Source of the DNA: Terriglobia bacterium
GTDB taxonomy: Bacteria > Acidobacteriota > Terriglobia > JAJPHL01 > JAPKYU01
DNA length: 64,000 nucleotides
Assembly: GCA_965223005.1 (NCBI GenBank)
Contig: CBDCVK010000010.1
Span: 1,472,001 to 1,536,000, forward strand
Reading direction: 5' to 3'
Position 1 is the stretch's first letter. The number at the start of each line of letters is the position of its first letter. Shown here one piece after another: positions 40,834-50,431 of this stretch. A model generated the notes under the pieces. It worked only from the letters and a program-made list of their open reading frames with translations. It did not search any database and had not been told where the DNA came from. Made by a program: the position numbers and the translations under genes.

Positions 40834-41555
40834 CGGCCCGCTCCCGCGATGCCCAGGCGCGCATAGAGGGGCACCGGCTCCAGGCCTCTCCACACGGCAT
40901 CTTCCACGCCTACCTGTAGAGCGACTGCTGAAGGCATCTCCCTGCGCCCCAATAACGACCAGGAGGACACCCACTCCCCCAGCTCGGGCCGGTCGTCCCG
41001 GTACTGGAACCGGCACTCGCGCAGTCCTTCCCACAGCAGCAGGGCCCGCCTTGTGTCAAAGGGACGTAGACCCGGCCGGACCCCCTCCGGAGTGCGAAGG
41101 AGATCCACCACCACGCCGGCCAGCTGCTCGCCGTCCAGTGCCGGCCTTTCCTCGAGCCACAGCTTCCAGGTCCTGTCTCGCTGCCGCTCGACGAAGTAGT
41201 CGGCCACCACGATGCCCCCGCGCCCGCGCTCGAGCGCCGAATACGAGGTCAGAAAGACCAAGCGTTGCTCCTCGCCAAAGAAGAACGGCACTTGCTGGCG
41301 GCGGTCGGGCAACTCCATCACGATGGTCCGCAGCAGGTGATTGGAAAGCTGGAAATGCAGGATGTCCTCCACCTGGGTAACGCGACGCAACTGCACAACT
41401 GCCTGCTGCTCTTTCTCCCAGGCCCGCAGGCCAATCCGCAGCGAGGTGAGAGCCGCCAGAGTTACCAGGCCGGCGATGGTGGTGGCGGCCATCAACTCCA
41501 GCAGCGTCAGTCCCGCGGCGGTTCGTTGCTTACTGCCGTTGTAGTTGCGGCTCAT
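40830..41555 (-). CDS. gspJ: Minor pseudopilin J
   Basis: AG-LTLLELM prepilin motif; W..SW....MP.AV C-terminus. Confidence 0.8.
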   Translation of the reverse strand: MSRNYNGSKQRTAAGLTLLELMAATTIAGLVTLAALTSLRIGLRAWEKEQQAVVQLRRVTQVEDILHFQLSNHLLRTIVMELPDRRQQVPFFFGEEQRLVFLTSYSALERGRGGIVVADYFVERQRDRTWKLWLEERPALDGEQLAGVVVDLLRTPEGVRPGLRPFDTRRALLLWEGLRECRFQYRDDRPELGEWVSSWSLLGRREMPSAVALQVGVEDAVWRGLEPVPLYARLGIAGAGR

Positions 41556-41982
41556 ATTTGCAGGTCTCGAACGTGGCACGCTGCTCCCCACTGGCGCCTT
41601 TCCAGAACACCGTCAGGGTCACCAGCACCAACGGCGGCAGCGCCGCCCTTTGCTCGACGGCAGCTATTCCGGCAGGCCCGGGAGGCCCAGCAGGGTTCCA
41701 GCGCCGAATTTCCGCCTCCCAGCGAACGCTTTCGTCCCAGCGGCCGGCCAGTCGGCCCGGCGCGAGCGGTTGCTCGACCAGCAACCGGTTCAATTGCGCG
41801 CGGCCCACCAGCACCGCCCTTTCGTAGTTTTCCGCGCGAGCCAGGTTGCGCAGTGAGCCCGACATGCCGCTCATCAACGCCGCGACCGCAATTCCCACCA
41901 GCGCCATGGCTATCAGCACTTCCAGCAGCGTGAACCCAGCGCCGGCAACCGCGGATTGCGGATTGCGGATTGCGGGTTTCAT
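41530..41982 (-). CDS. gspI: Minor pseudopilin I
   Basis: AG-FTLLEVLIA prepilin motif; size and position. Confidence 0.8.
   Translation of the reverse strand: MKPAIRNPQSAVAGAGFTLLEVLIAMALVGIAVAALMSGMSGSLRNLARAENYERAVLVGRAQLNRLLVEQPLAPGRLAGRWDESVRWEAEIRRWNPAGPPGPAGIAAVEQRAALPPLVLVTLTVFWKGASGEQRATFETCKYEPQLQRQ
41951..41978. repeat. 7-mer tandem repeat in the gspI leader
   Basis: GCGGATT x3 plus GCGGGTT (encodes IRNPQSA). Confidence 0.85.
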
Positions 41983-42497
41983 CGGCGCTCCCACTCCACG
42001 CGAGGCAGCGCGGTCAGCACATCAAACTCCACCGTGGCGGCGCGGCCGCGGGCATTCACCAGCCGAAACGTCACCTGAGGCGTCCCACCGTCGGGCGGGA
42101 AAACGAAGGTGCGCCTCCGTTCTGGCTGGAGCACGATTTCTGGAGGCAATTGCCACGTCCGCCGGTAGGACGGTTCCCCGCTGGCTGCGGCTCCTTTCAG
42201 GTCCTCCAGTTCAACAAGGCGCCGTTCCGGGTCCACCGTCACCTGGCAGACGGTCTGTTGACGCAAGGCGCGCACGCGGGCGTAGCGGAAGGTGTTCGCC
42301 AGCCGGTCGGCAGCCGACTTCAGCCGCAAGGTATCCAGACCGGCGGTCACGCTGGGAAACACGATGGCTCCCAGCAGAGCGATGATCGTCAGCACGACCA
42401 CCATCTCCAGCAGCGTGATGCCGCGACAGTGGAGACAGGTCTTCCGGCCTGTCCGACCCGCGGTGACATTTGTCCTAGTGCTTCCAGCTCGCCACAT
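41979..42497 (-). CDS. gspH: Minor pseudopilin H
   Basis: RG-ITLLEMVVV, LKSAADRLA...AR..A, F.PDG. Confidence 0.82.
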   Translation of the reverse strand: MWRAGSTRTNVTAGRTGRKTCLHCRGITLLEMVVVLTIIALLGAIVFPSVTAGLDTLRLKSAADRLANTFRYARVRALRQQTVCQVTVDPERRLVELEDLKGAAASGEPSYRRTWQLPPEIVLQPERRRTFVFPPDGGTPQVTFRLVNARGRAATVEFDVLTALPRVEWERR

Positions 42498-42909
42498 CGG
42501 CGTCTTCACCCTCTCCACCTTCTTGGCCGTCAGCGCCATGGGAAATAATCTCGGGCTCATCGCCATGCTCACCCGGGTAGCGGTAGATGTAGGACCGCCC
42601 CCAGGGATCGTCAGGGATGTCCTGGGGCAGGTAGGGACCGTCCCAAAGCTCCACTCCTTGCGGCTGGATCCGGAGAGCTTCCAGGCCCTGCTCGGTGGTG
42701 GGGAATCTGCCGGTGTCCAGTTTGTGTATGCCCAGGGCGGTCATGAAGCCGTTGATCTGCTCCCGGGCCGCTGTTTGCTTGGCGGCGCTGACTTTCTTCC
42801 ACATGCGCGGCAGCACCAGCGCGCTGAACAGCGCAATGATGGTTACCACCACCAGCAGCTCAATCAGCGTCACGCCGCGGGCGGTTGCCTTTTCCCTTTT
42901 GCTTTTCAT
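42475..42909 (-). CDS. gspG: Major pseudopilin G
   Basis: RG-VTLIELLVV, LDTGRFPTTEQGLEAL, W.GPYL, DPWG..Y.Y, S.GADG..GGEG. Confidence 0.95.
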   Translation of the reverse strand: MKSKREKATARGVTLIELLVVVTIIALFSALVLPRMWKKVSAAKQTAAREQINGFMTALGIHKLDTGRFPTTEQGLEALRIQPQGVELWDGPYLPQDIPDDPWGRSYIYRYPGEHGDEPEIISHGADGQEGGEGEDADVASWKH

Positions 42910-42976
42910 ATTGTCTGGCAAGGTCCTCCCCTCACTGTGCATCCATACTGTTGGCGGGCAACCCATCACGTCCCTC

Positions 42977-44194
42977 CTAGAAGGGCACATCATTGATGCT
43001 GACGATGCCCAACAACATGGATAGCACCATCCCTCCGACCAGCAACCCCATGACCAGGATCACCAGCGGTTCAAACAGAGCCGTGGCGCGCTTGATCGCG
43101 GCCCGGGTGTCGTTGTCGTAGATGTCAGCCATGCGCTGGAACATGGCATCCAGCCTGCCAGTCTCCTCGCCGACGGTGAGCAGGTGTCCCGCCAGCGGAG
43201 GAAAGGCACCGGTTTTGCGCAGCGGCCCAGCCAGGCCCTCACCGCGCTGCACGCCCTGCGCGACTGCCGCCAGGGACTCTTCCATCACGACGTTGCCCAG
43301 CAAACCCTTCACGACCCTCAAGGCCTGCAGCAGCGGCACGCCGTTGGCCAGCAGGGTGGCCATGGTGCGGGCGAATCGCGCCGTCTCCACCTTGCGGAAC
43401 ACGTCGCCGGCCAGCGGCAGCTTCAACTTCCACGCGTGCCAGCGCCGCCGACCCGCAGGAGTGCGCACGTAGTAGCGCGCACCGCCGATCACGGCCGCTA
43501 GGGCCAGTGCTGCCATCCAGCCGTAGCGGCGGAGCAGGTCACTGGCCGCCAACAGCAGGTAGGTGGGCGTGGGCACGGGAACGCCCGATTCGGAAAACAC
43601 CTGCGCAAATCTGGGAATCACGTAGTTCATCATCACGAAAATCGAACCGACCCCGACCAGCGCCAGCAGCAGCGGGTAGATCATCGCCGAGATCAGGTAG
43701 CCGCGCAGCTCATCGGAGGAGCGCTCCAGGTCCGCCAGCCGCTCCAGCGCCACGCCCAGAGCCCCGGAGGCCTCGCCGGCGCGGATCATGTTCCGGTACA
43801 GTTCGGAAAACACCTCCGGGTGCGTCTCCAGACTGTCGGCCAGCGACTTGCCCCCCTTCAACTCCTGCAGGGCTTCGGTAATGACGCTGCGAAACGCTTT
43901 CCGCTCCGTCAACTCCGCGCAGATGGAAAGCGCGCGATCCAGCGGCAGTCCGGAATTGGCCAAGGTGGAAAGCTCCTGGGTAAAGAAGAGCCGATCGCGC
44001 GAGCGCACACGACTCCGGCCGAGCCAGGGCAGCGCCACGCGCGCCGCGGCTGGCTGACTGCGGGTACCGATGTAGACCGGCACCAGCCCCCGTTGTTGCA
44101 ACTCGCGGGCGACGGCCTTCTCGGTCGCTCCGGAAAGAGCGCCCTGAGCGGGTTTGCCAGCCATCGTCACCGCGCGGTAGAAAAACTCAGGCAT
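42977..44194 (-). CDS. gspF: T2SS inner-membrane platform protein
   Basis: FTQELSTL..SGLPL, AGEASG.L, AMIYP, FARTMATLL..GVP, GEETG.L, FEP. Confidence 0.95.
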   Translation of the reverse strand: MPEFFYRAVTMAGKPAQGALSGATEKAVARELQQRGLVPVYIGTRSQPAAARVALPWLGRSRVRSRDRLFFTQELSTLANSGLPLDRALSICAELTERKAFRSVITEALQELKGGKSLADSLETHPEVFSELYRNMIRAGEASGALGVALERLADLERSSDELRGYLISAMIYPLLLALVGVGSIFVMMNYVIPRFAQVFSESGVPVPTPTYLLLAASDLLRRYGWMAALALAAVIGGARYYVRTPAGRRRWHAWKLKLPLAGDVFRKVETARFARTMATLLANGVPLLQALRVVKGLLGNVVMEESLAAVAQGVQRGEGLAGPLRKTGAFPPLAGHLLTVGEETGRLDAMFQRMADIYDNDTRAAIKRATALFEPLVILVMGLLVGGMVLSMLLGIVSINDVPF

Positions 44195-44222
44195 TTTTTA
44201 CACTCGCGCCGGCATCGCGGCG

Positions 44223-45863
44223 CTACACGTCTTGCGTCACCCGAACCACTTCCTCCACTGTGGTCACGCCTTGATAGACCTTGTCCCAGCCGTCCTCTTT
44301 CAAAGTGCGCATCCCATTGCTCCGGGCAGCGCCCGTTAGCACGCTGGCATCGGCGTTCTGCACCACCAGGCGGCGAATTTCGTCGTTCACATCCATCAGC
44401 TCAAGGATGCCCAGTCGCCCGCGGTAGCCGATGTGGGAACAGCGATCGCACCCGGCGCCGCGATACACCGGGCGGTCAAGCGCCGCCTGGCGCTCATCCA
44501 CCACCCGGCAGTGCGGGCAAATCACGCGCACCAGCCGCTGGGCCAGCACCGCCAGCAGAGAAGAAGAGATCAGGTAGTTCTCCACTCCCATGTCGGTCAG
44601 CCGGGTCACAGCGCTAGGGGCGTCGTTGGTGTGCAGCGTGGAGAAGACCAGGTGGCCTGTCAGGGCAGCCCGGATGGCGATCTCGGCCGTTTCCAGGTCC
44701 CGGATCTCCCCGACCATGATCACGTCCGGGTCCTGACGCACGATGTGCCGCAGGCCGGCGGCAAACGTCAGCCCGATCTGCGGGTTGACGTGGATCTGGT
44801 TGATGCCGTCCATCTGGTATTCCACCGGGTCCTCGATGGTGATGATCTTCTTGTCGGGCAGATTGATTCGCTTCAAGGCCGAGTACAGAGTGGTGGACTT
44901 GCCGCTGCCAGTCGGTCCGGTCACCAGGAAGATCCCGTGGGGCTGCGAGGTGTGGTGCTCCATACGCGCCAGCATTGTTTCGGGAAAGCCCAGGCTGCGG
45001 AGTTCGTAGAAGTCGCCGGCCGAGCGGTCCAGCAGGCGCATCACGACGCTCTCGCCGTACAGGGTGGGCAGCGTGGAGACACGCAGGTCCACCTCCTTGC
45101 CGAGCGTCCGCAGTTGGATACGGCCGTCCTGAGGCAAGCGCCGCTCGGCGATGTTGAGCCGGGCCATCAGCTTCAGGCGTGAGATCACCGCCGCACGCAA
45201 CTCGCGCGGCGGCGCGTCGCGGTTGTAGAGCACCCCGTCAATGCGGTAGCGGACGCGAAACTCCTTCTCGAAGGGCTCCAGGTGGATGTCGGAGGCGCGC
45301 TGCTCGACAGCCCGCGCGATCATGTTGTTGACCAGCCGGATCACTGGGGCTTCGCTGGCCATGTCGCGTAGCTGCTCGACATCCTGGGTCTCGGCGCCAC
45401 CGACGGCGGCCGTTGCACTGCCGGAGCCAGTCGCCTCCTCCTCGCCCGGGAAGTACTTCTCCAGGGCCGCAAGAATGTCAGTCTCGGGTGCCAGCAGCGC
45501 GCGCACGTTCAGCTTGGTGTAGAGCCGGACCGCAGAGATGGTTTCAAAGTCGAGCGGGTCAGCCATAGCCAGCGTCACGGTGGAATCCTCTACCGCCAGG
45601 GGCAGGAAACGGAACTGGCGCAGGAAGCGGGCTGAAAGGCCTTCGATGGCCGGTGACACGGCTGGAAATTCCGCTGCCCCGACGATGGGGATTTCCAACT
45701 GCTCGGAGAGCGCGGCCAGCACGTCGCGGGCGGCGACGTAGCCCAGGTCCGAGAGGAGCTTGCCCAGCTTGTCGCGCCGCAGCGACTGCACCGCCAGGGC
45801 CTTCTCCAGTTCCTCGGTCTCCAGCTGTCCTCGCTCCGCCAGGATCTCGCCCAGGCGGCGCAT
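44223..45863 (-). CDS. gspE: T2SS ATPase
   Basis: ASDIH, RLPQDG, TGPTGSGKST, TIEDPVE, RQDPDVIMVGEIRD, STLHTND, CxxC...CxxC. Confidence 0.96.
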   Translation of the reverse strand: MRRLGEILAERGQLETEELEKALAVQSLRRDKLGKLLSDLGYVAARDVLAALSEQLEIPIVGAAEFPAVSPAIEGLSARFLRQFRFLPLAVEDSTVTLAMADPLDFETISAVRLYTKLNVRALLAPETDILAALEKYFPGEEEATGSGSATAAVGGAETQDVEQLRDMASEAPVIRLVNNMIARAVEQRASDIHLEPFEKEFRVRYRIDGVLYNRDAPPRELRAAVISRLKLMARLNIAERRLPQDGRIQLRTLGKEVDLRVSTLPTLYGESVVMRLLDRSAGDFYELRSLGFPETMLARMEHHTSQPHGIFLVTGPTGSGKSTTLYSALKRINLPDKKIITIEDPVEYQMDGINQIHVNPQIGLTFAAGLRHIVRQDPDVIMVGEIRDLETAEIAIRAALTGHLVFSTLHTNDAPSAVTRLTDMGVENYLISSSLLAVLAQRLVRVICPHCRVVDERQAALDRPVYRGAGCDRCSHIGYRGRLGILELMDVNDEIRRLVVQNADASVLTGAARSNGMRTLKEDGWDKVYQGVTTVEEVVRVTQDV

Positions 45864-46468
45864 CAGAATTGCCGTAAGCTGATCACCCTGGCCAGCCCTG
45901 CCGACCCCGGCTTGCGCCCCCCATCTTGCAGCTCCAGCAGGGCCTGGCGTTGCGCCTGCAGGACCACCTGGCCGGGAATTTCCGGGTAAGGCCGGGGATT
46001 GAACAGGTGAATGACCAAGGCCAGATTCTCCTCCGCGCCCAGTTGCGTTAGCCCGGCGCTTTCAGCCAGAAGCAGATCCCGGAGCCTGGATTGCAACTGT
46101 TGTAGCCGTCTCCGCTTCTGCTCGCGTTCGGTTTTCAGCTCCTTCTCCGAGAAGGCACTCGGCGCAAAGGGGGAAATAAAGCGCATCGGGTAGAGGTTCA
46201 CTTCCGCATGAACCATGACTCCGAATCCGGCGAGATAGGCGCTCTTGGGTTCCTGAAGAACGGCAAACGGCCGGTTCTCGAACATCTGCTGCAGGGAAGC
46301 GTTGACGGCGAGCTCCAATTGCTGCATCTGCCGCTTCAGCTCCGCTTGCTTCTTGCCAGCCGCAGTGGCCTGCGACTGCGGCACGGCAAGCCACAGCGCC
46401 GCCCCCATGGCCAGCAGAATCGCCAGACAAATCCGCAATCCGAAATTCGCAATGTGCAATCGTTTCAT
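45863..46468 (-). CDS. Exported hypothetical protein
   Basis: Signal peptide; YLAGFGV; overlaps the anti-sigma gene by 4 bp and gspE by 1 bp. Confidence 0.75.
   Translation of the reverse strand: MKRLHIANFGLRICLAILLAMGAALWLAVPQSQATAAGKKQAELKRQMQQLELAVNASLQQMFENRPFAVLQEPKSAYLAGFGVMVHAEVNLYPMRFISPFAPSAFSEKELKTEREQKRRRLQQLQSRLRDLLLAESAGLTQLGAEENLALVIHLFNPRPYPEIPGQVVLQAQRQALLELQDGGRKPGSAGLARVISLRQF
46430..46461. repeat. Degenerate 7-mer array in the signal-peptide n-region
   Basis: AATCCGC AATCCGA AATTCGC AATGTGC AATC. Confidence 0.75.
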
Positions 46469-47190
46469 GGCTGTTCGCCTTTCTCCGCCGGCAGACGGCT
46501 GGCTACCATTTCCAGCGCCAGACGGTTCCGGTCGGCATCCTTATAGAAAATGGTTTGGGTCCGCTCAAAGTACCGCATCTGTTCGGCGAGGGAAGCGAAC
46601 GCTGCCCGTTGGCGGCGTTCCAGTCGCGCGGCTGCGGTTCCGATGAGCGCCTCGGCTTCCGCCTGCTGCCGCGCTTCGCTCTGGTGAACGGCAGCGTCCA
46701 CCAGCCCCGCCACCTGCTCGCGGGTCAAGCCCGCTGACACCGGGCCGGCGGCCGCGGAGCCGGTGGCCGGCGCCGCCAGGCCGGCGGAGGCAGAGCCAGT
46801 CGCCGGCGCCGCTCTCTGCTGAGAAGCGCCGAAGGCAATCTCCCACCGTTCCTGTTCCAGGACGACTCGCACGCGGGCCAGCGCCAGTGCCCCAACCAGC
46901 AGGGCGACAGCCGCGGCCACTCCCACCGGCACAGCAAAGGCGCGCCGCCAGAACCCACTGCGTCCGAACAGACCTGCCTCCTGGCTGGCGCCCACGAATG
47001 CAATGCGCCGTGGCACTTCCTCCTGCGGCAGGCCCTGGACGAGAAGCTTCCGCGCCAGGTCCAGATCGGTCAGCTGGGCCCGGCAGGCATCGCACACCTG
47101 CAGGTGCTCCTGTACCTGTTTCCGTTCGACCGGACCGGCCTCGGCCAGCGCCAGGTCCATTAGCATTTGTTTTGCTTGTCCGCACGTCAT
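46465..47190 (-). CDS. Zinc-binding membrane anti-sigma factor (zf-HC2)
   Basis: MTC...HLQVCDAC (HxxxCxxC), one TM, coiled-coil C-terminus. Confidence 0.88.
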   Translation of the reverse strand: MTCGQAKQMLMDLALAEAGPVERKQVQEHLQVCDACRAQLTDLDLARKLLVQGLPQEEVPRRIAFVGASQEAGLFGRSGFWRRAFAVPVGVAAAVALLVGALALARVRVVLEQERWEIAFGASQQRAAPATGSASAGLAAPATGSAAAGPVSAGLTREQVAGLVDAAVHQSEARQQAEAEALIGTAAARLERRQRAAFASLAEQMRYFERTQTIFYKDADRNRLALEMVASRLPAEKGEQP

Positions 47191-47267
47191 GACTCACCTC
47201 CTGCCCGCCGTAAGGGGGCAGCGCAGCCTCTCCGGCTGGACAGCAACAACGCCTGTCCAGGGGGTGG

Positions 47268-47903
47268 CTAGTGGTTGTGAAAGGCAGCCCGCGTCGCCAC
47301 ATCCTCGCCGAGAGCGTGCTTCAGTTGCTCGAACCCGGCGTAGACGCGGGATTTCACTGTGCTGAGGGGACAGGAGAGGATTTCGGCAATTTCGGCGAAC
47401 TTAAAGCCGTGAATCACCTTGAGCAGCAGGGCCTGGCGTTGCTCGAAGGGAAGCTCCTCCAGGGCGCGGGCGACTATCAACTCCAGCTCCAGCGGATACA
47501 GGCGCGGACCAGCGCCCAATACCACCTGAGCCTCGCCCCGCGAGGTGATTTCCCTTTCGCCCTCCTCCGGCCAACCGTCCGAATCAGCCCAGGCCGAATC
47601 AGCCTGGGGGCGGCGTCCGTCAGTGCGGAACTTCGAGCAGGCCAAGTTGTGCGCGATCCGGAAGAGCCACTGGGGGAACTTCTCGACATCGCCGAGCCTG
47701 ACCAGGCCGCGGTAAGCCTTCAGAAAGGCTTCCTGCGCCAAGTCCTGGGCGTCTTCCCGGTTGCCGGTGGTGCGCAGCAAGTAGTTGTACAGCTTTTTTT
47801 CCCAACGGGATACAAGGACGTTGTAGGCGTCCACCTCCCCGTGGGCCGCGCGGTCCACCAGCTCGCTATCCTCTGCCGTCCGAAACAGCAAATGGGCTCC
47901 CAC
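47268..47903 (-). CDS. ECF RNA polymerase sigma factor
   Basis: DAQDLAQEAFLKAY, F.QWLFRIAHN, EIAEILSCPLSTVKSR. Confidence 0.93.
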   Translation of the reverse strand: MGAHLLFRTAEDSELVDRAAHGEVDAYNVLVSRWEKKLYNYLLRTTGNREDAQDLAQEAFLKAYRGLVRLGDVEKFPQWLFRIAHNLACSKFRTDGRRPQADSAWADSDGWPEEGEREITSRGEAQVVLGAGPRLYPLELELIVARALEELPFEQRQALLLKVIHGFKFAEIAEILSCPLSTVKSRVYAGFEQLKHALGEDVATRAAFHNH

Positions 47904-48292
47904 TTGGTCAGACGCCGCCGAAGCTCAAAAAGTCGAACCCGCCGGCCGAAAGGTTGATAGGGAGTATACCACGCGCCCGATCAGCCCACGGGGCGTTCCG
48001 ATGCCCGATTCTGGATCCCCGAAGGTCACCGCGGAAAGCCTATGTATAGCCGTTAGTTGGCTTTGCATTGCAGTACATCCCCGGGTTGCGGTTTCTGATA
48101 CAGTGGGAGGGTGAGCTGCGGACGCTTTCGCCTGGGGCGGCCGCTGGGTACCGGCAAGCCGGAGGCTGCGGCCGCGATGGACTGCCCGTTCAGGAAGCAA
48201 GCTGAGGGAGCACCAGTTGAGTGAGCCGATGAAACGCCTGCCTCACCCAGCGCATCCATATTAGGAAACCCCTTAGGAAGCATGGAGAGATC

Positions 48293-49162
48293 ATGACAAG
48301 TTACGATTGGATCAGGAAGTGCAGCTTTGCTTTCATCGCTTTTATCCTGGCCGTTTCTCTGCCCCTGGTAGCGGTCGGCGGATCCCAGACGAACAACCAG
48401 CCGGCGGCCCCGCAAGTTGGACAGGCCAGGCCGGAGGCGCCGTCGGTGCCCACCGAGGAAATCATCCGCCGCTTCGCGGCTAAGGAGAAGGAATTCCAGA
48501 TCGCGCGCGGCAATTACACCTACCGGCAGACCGTCAAGGTGCAGGACCTGGAAGACGACGGGCGCATGCGCGGCCAGTTTGAAATGGTTAGCGACATCAT
48601 CTTCACCCCGAAGGGGAAGCGCATTGAGAGGGTAGTGTATGCACCAGTGAGCACCCTGCGCCGCTTTTCCATTTCGCCTGAAGATGAGCGGGACCTGCGT
48701 GAAATCCAGCCCTTCGTGCTCACCAGCGATGACATCCACAAGTACAACGTCCGCTACCTGGGGCGGCAGCGCGTAGACGAAATTGACACCTACGTCTTCT
48801 TCGTCAAGCCCAAGGCAATCAAGAAGGGCGAGCGCTACTTTGAGGGCCAGATCTGGGTGGATGACCGGGATCTACAGATCGTGAAAACTTACGGGAAAGC
48901 CGTTCCAGATATTCGGGGGAAAAAGGGGCGGGAGAACCTGTTCCCGCGCTTTGAAACCTACCGCGAGCAGATTGACGGCAAGTACTGGTTCCCCACCTAC
49001 ACCCGGGCTGACGACACGTTACATTTCCAGACCGGCCCGCAGCGCATCCGTATGATTGTGCGTTACCAGGATTACAAGCAGTTCCGCAGCCAGATCAAGG
49101 TCACCTTTGAGGGAGTCGACGAGCCGAAGTCGCAGCCACCGGCAGATCCAACGTCCCAATAG
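48293..49162 (+). CDS. Exported hypothetical protein (beta-rich, possibly LolA/MucB-like)
   Basis: Signal peptide; NYTYRQ, FEGQIWVDD.D.QIVK, FPRF.TYR..IDGKYWFP.YT.ADD.L.F. Confidence 0.8.
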   Translation: MTSYDWIRKCSFAFIAFILAVSLPLVAVGGSQTNNQPAAPQVGQARPEAPSVPTEEIIRRFAAKEKEFQIARGNYTYRQTVKVQDLEDDGRMRGQFEMVSDIIFTPKGKRIERVVYAPVSTLRRFSISPEDERDLREIQPFVLTSDDIHKYNVRYLGRQRVDEIDTYVFFVKPKAIKKGERYFEGQIWVDDRDLQIVKTYGKAVPDIRGKKGRENLFPRFETYREQIDGKYWFPTYTRADDTLHFQTGPQRIRMIVRYQDYKQFRSQIKVTFEGVDEPKSQPPADPTSQ

Positions 49163-49404
49163 CTGCGAAACTCGTAGCGCTTGACCCACCTGGCAGCAGT
49201 GTTCACCTCTTTACGGTTGCGGTTCGGGTTTGCTCCATCTGATGAGCCGCACACAGGTACTTGGCATGAGCTACGGTCGTCAGCGATACTAGACGGGAAC
49301 GGGACTCGGGCAAAGAACTGAATCGAGATAGTTGTGAGGGCACGAGCGGGGGTTCATACTCCCGCCGGAGATTTCCCTCTGCCGGTGTCGGTGGCCGGTT
49401 TCCC

Positions 49405-50325
49405 ATGCTCTCCAAAGTTTTTCACGGGATTGGCAGCTTCATCTTCTGGACGTACGAGCGCGGAAGCTGGCAGTACGACCTGATGTCTGCCCTCATCCTG
49501 GCGTTCATCTTTTTGACTCCGCGCCAGTTTTTTCACGACCGGCCTATCTCTACCGAGGCGCGCCAGGTCATGGAACTGCCGGCGGCGCTACTGCTCCCCT
49601 GGCTGAGCGAGACCGCTGTTGCTGCCGCCACCAACAGCAGCTCCAGAAATTCCTACCGCCTCGCTGCTGAGGAAGGAACGCCCGGCCCGGCGCCCACACT
49701 GAAACAAGTGCTGGCGGCAATGGATGCGGCCGCCGCCCGCTTCCGGAGCGCGGTTGCCAAGGTCACCTACACGAAGGTGACTCTCCTGGTAGACGACAAG
49801 TCCATCGAGGAGGGCACTGTGTACTTCAAGCGCCATCGGCGCAAGCGCGATTTCAAGGTGCTGATTCACTTCCGCGAGCCGGCGGAAAAAATTGTGCTGT
49901 TCCGCGACGGCAAAGCGTGGATCTACCGGCCGGCGATTGCCCAAGTAGAGGAATACGACGTCTCGCGCAACCGGGAAGCCGTGGAGCAGTTCCTGCTGCT
50001 GGGCTTCGGCACCCCTGTCCGCCAGCTACAGGAGGCCTATCACGTCGTCCTGGCGGGCCCCGGGAGCAGCCAGGCGGGGGACCAGAAAACCTTGAAGCTG
50101 GAATTGGTTCCCAGATCGGCCACCACCAGCCGCCACATCCGGAAAGTAGAACTGTGGCTCTCCCGGGATACCTGGCAGCCCGTCCGGCAGCACTTCATCG
50201 AGCCCAGCGGCGACTACATGATCGTCGAATTCACAGGGACCAAACTAAACACCGCCATCCCCAATTCCCGCTTCAAGCTGAAACTGCGGGGCAAAGTAAA
50301 AAAGATCCGCCCCCAGGCCCTGTAG
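49405..50325 (+). CDS. LolA-like lipoprotein carrier with an extra N-terminal membrane segment
   Basis: G..YFKR, DGK.WIYRP...QV, FLLLGFG, LELVP, P...F; N-terminal WTYERGSWQYD plus TM. Confidence 0.78.
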   Translation: MLSKVFHGIGSFIFWTYERGSWQYDLMSALILAFIFLTPRQFFHDRPISTEARQVMELPAALLLPWLSETAVAAATNSSSRNSYRLAAEEGTPGPAPTLKQVLAAMDAAAARFRSAVAKVTYTKVTLLVDDKSIEEGTVYFKRHRRKRDFKVLIHFREPAEKIVLFRDGKAWIYRPAIAQVEEYDVSRNREAVEQFLLLGFGTPVRQLQEAYHVVLAGPGSSQAGDQKTLKLELVPRSATTSRHIRKVELWLSRDTWQPVRQHFIEPSGDYMIVEFTGTKLNTAIPNSRFKLKLRGKVKKIRPQAL

Positions 50326-50431
50326 GGCCAGTCCATGTAGGAATAGACCTTGCCCTTCCCGTCGGATTCAAAGCCAGCGACCAGCTTCAGAGCAAGCGAC
50401 CAGCTGGCCCAAGCAAACAGCGCCCGGCATT

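Noticed and set aside
48057-48072. Sigma54-like TGGCTTTGCATTGCA
   Set aside because: GG-to-GC spacing is one base short of the strict requirement
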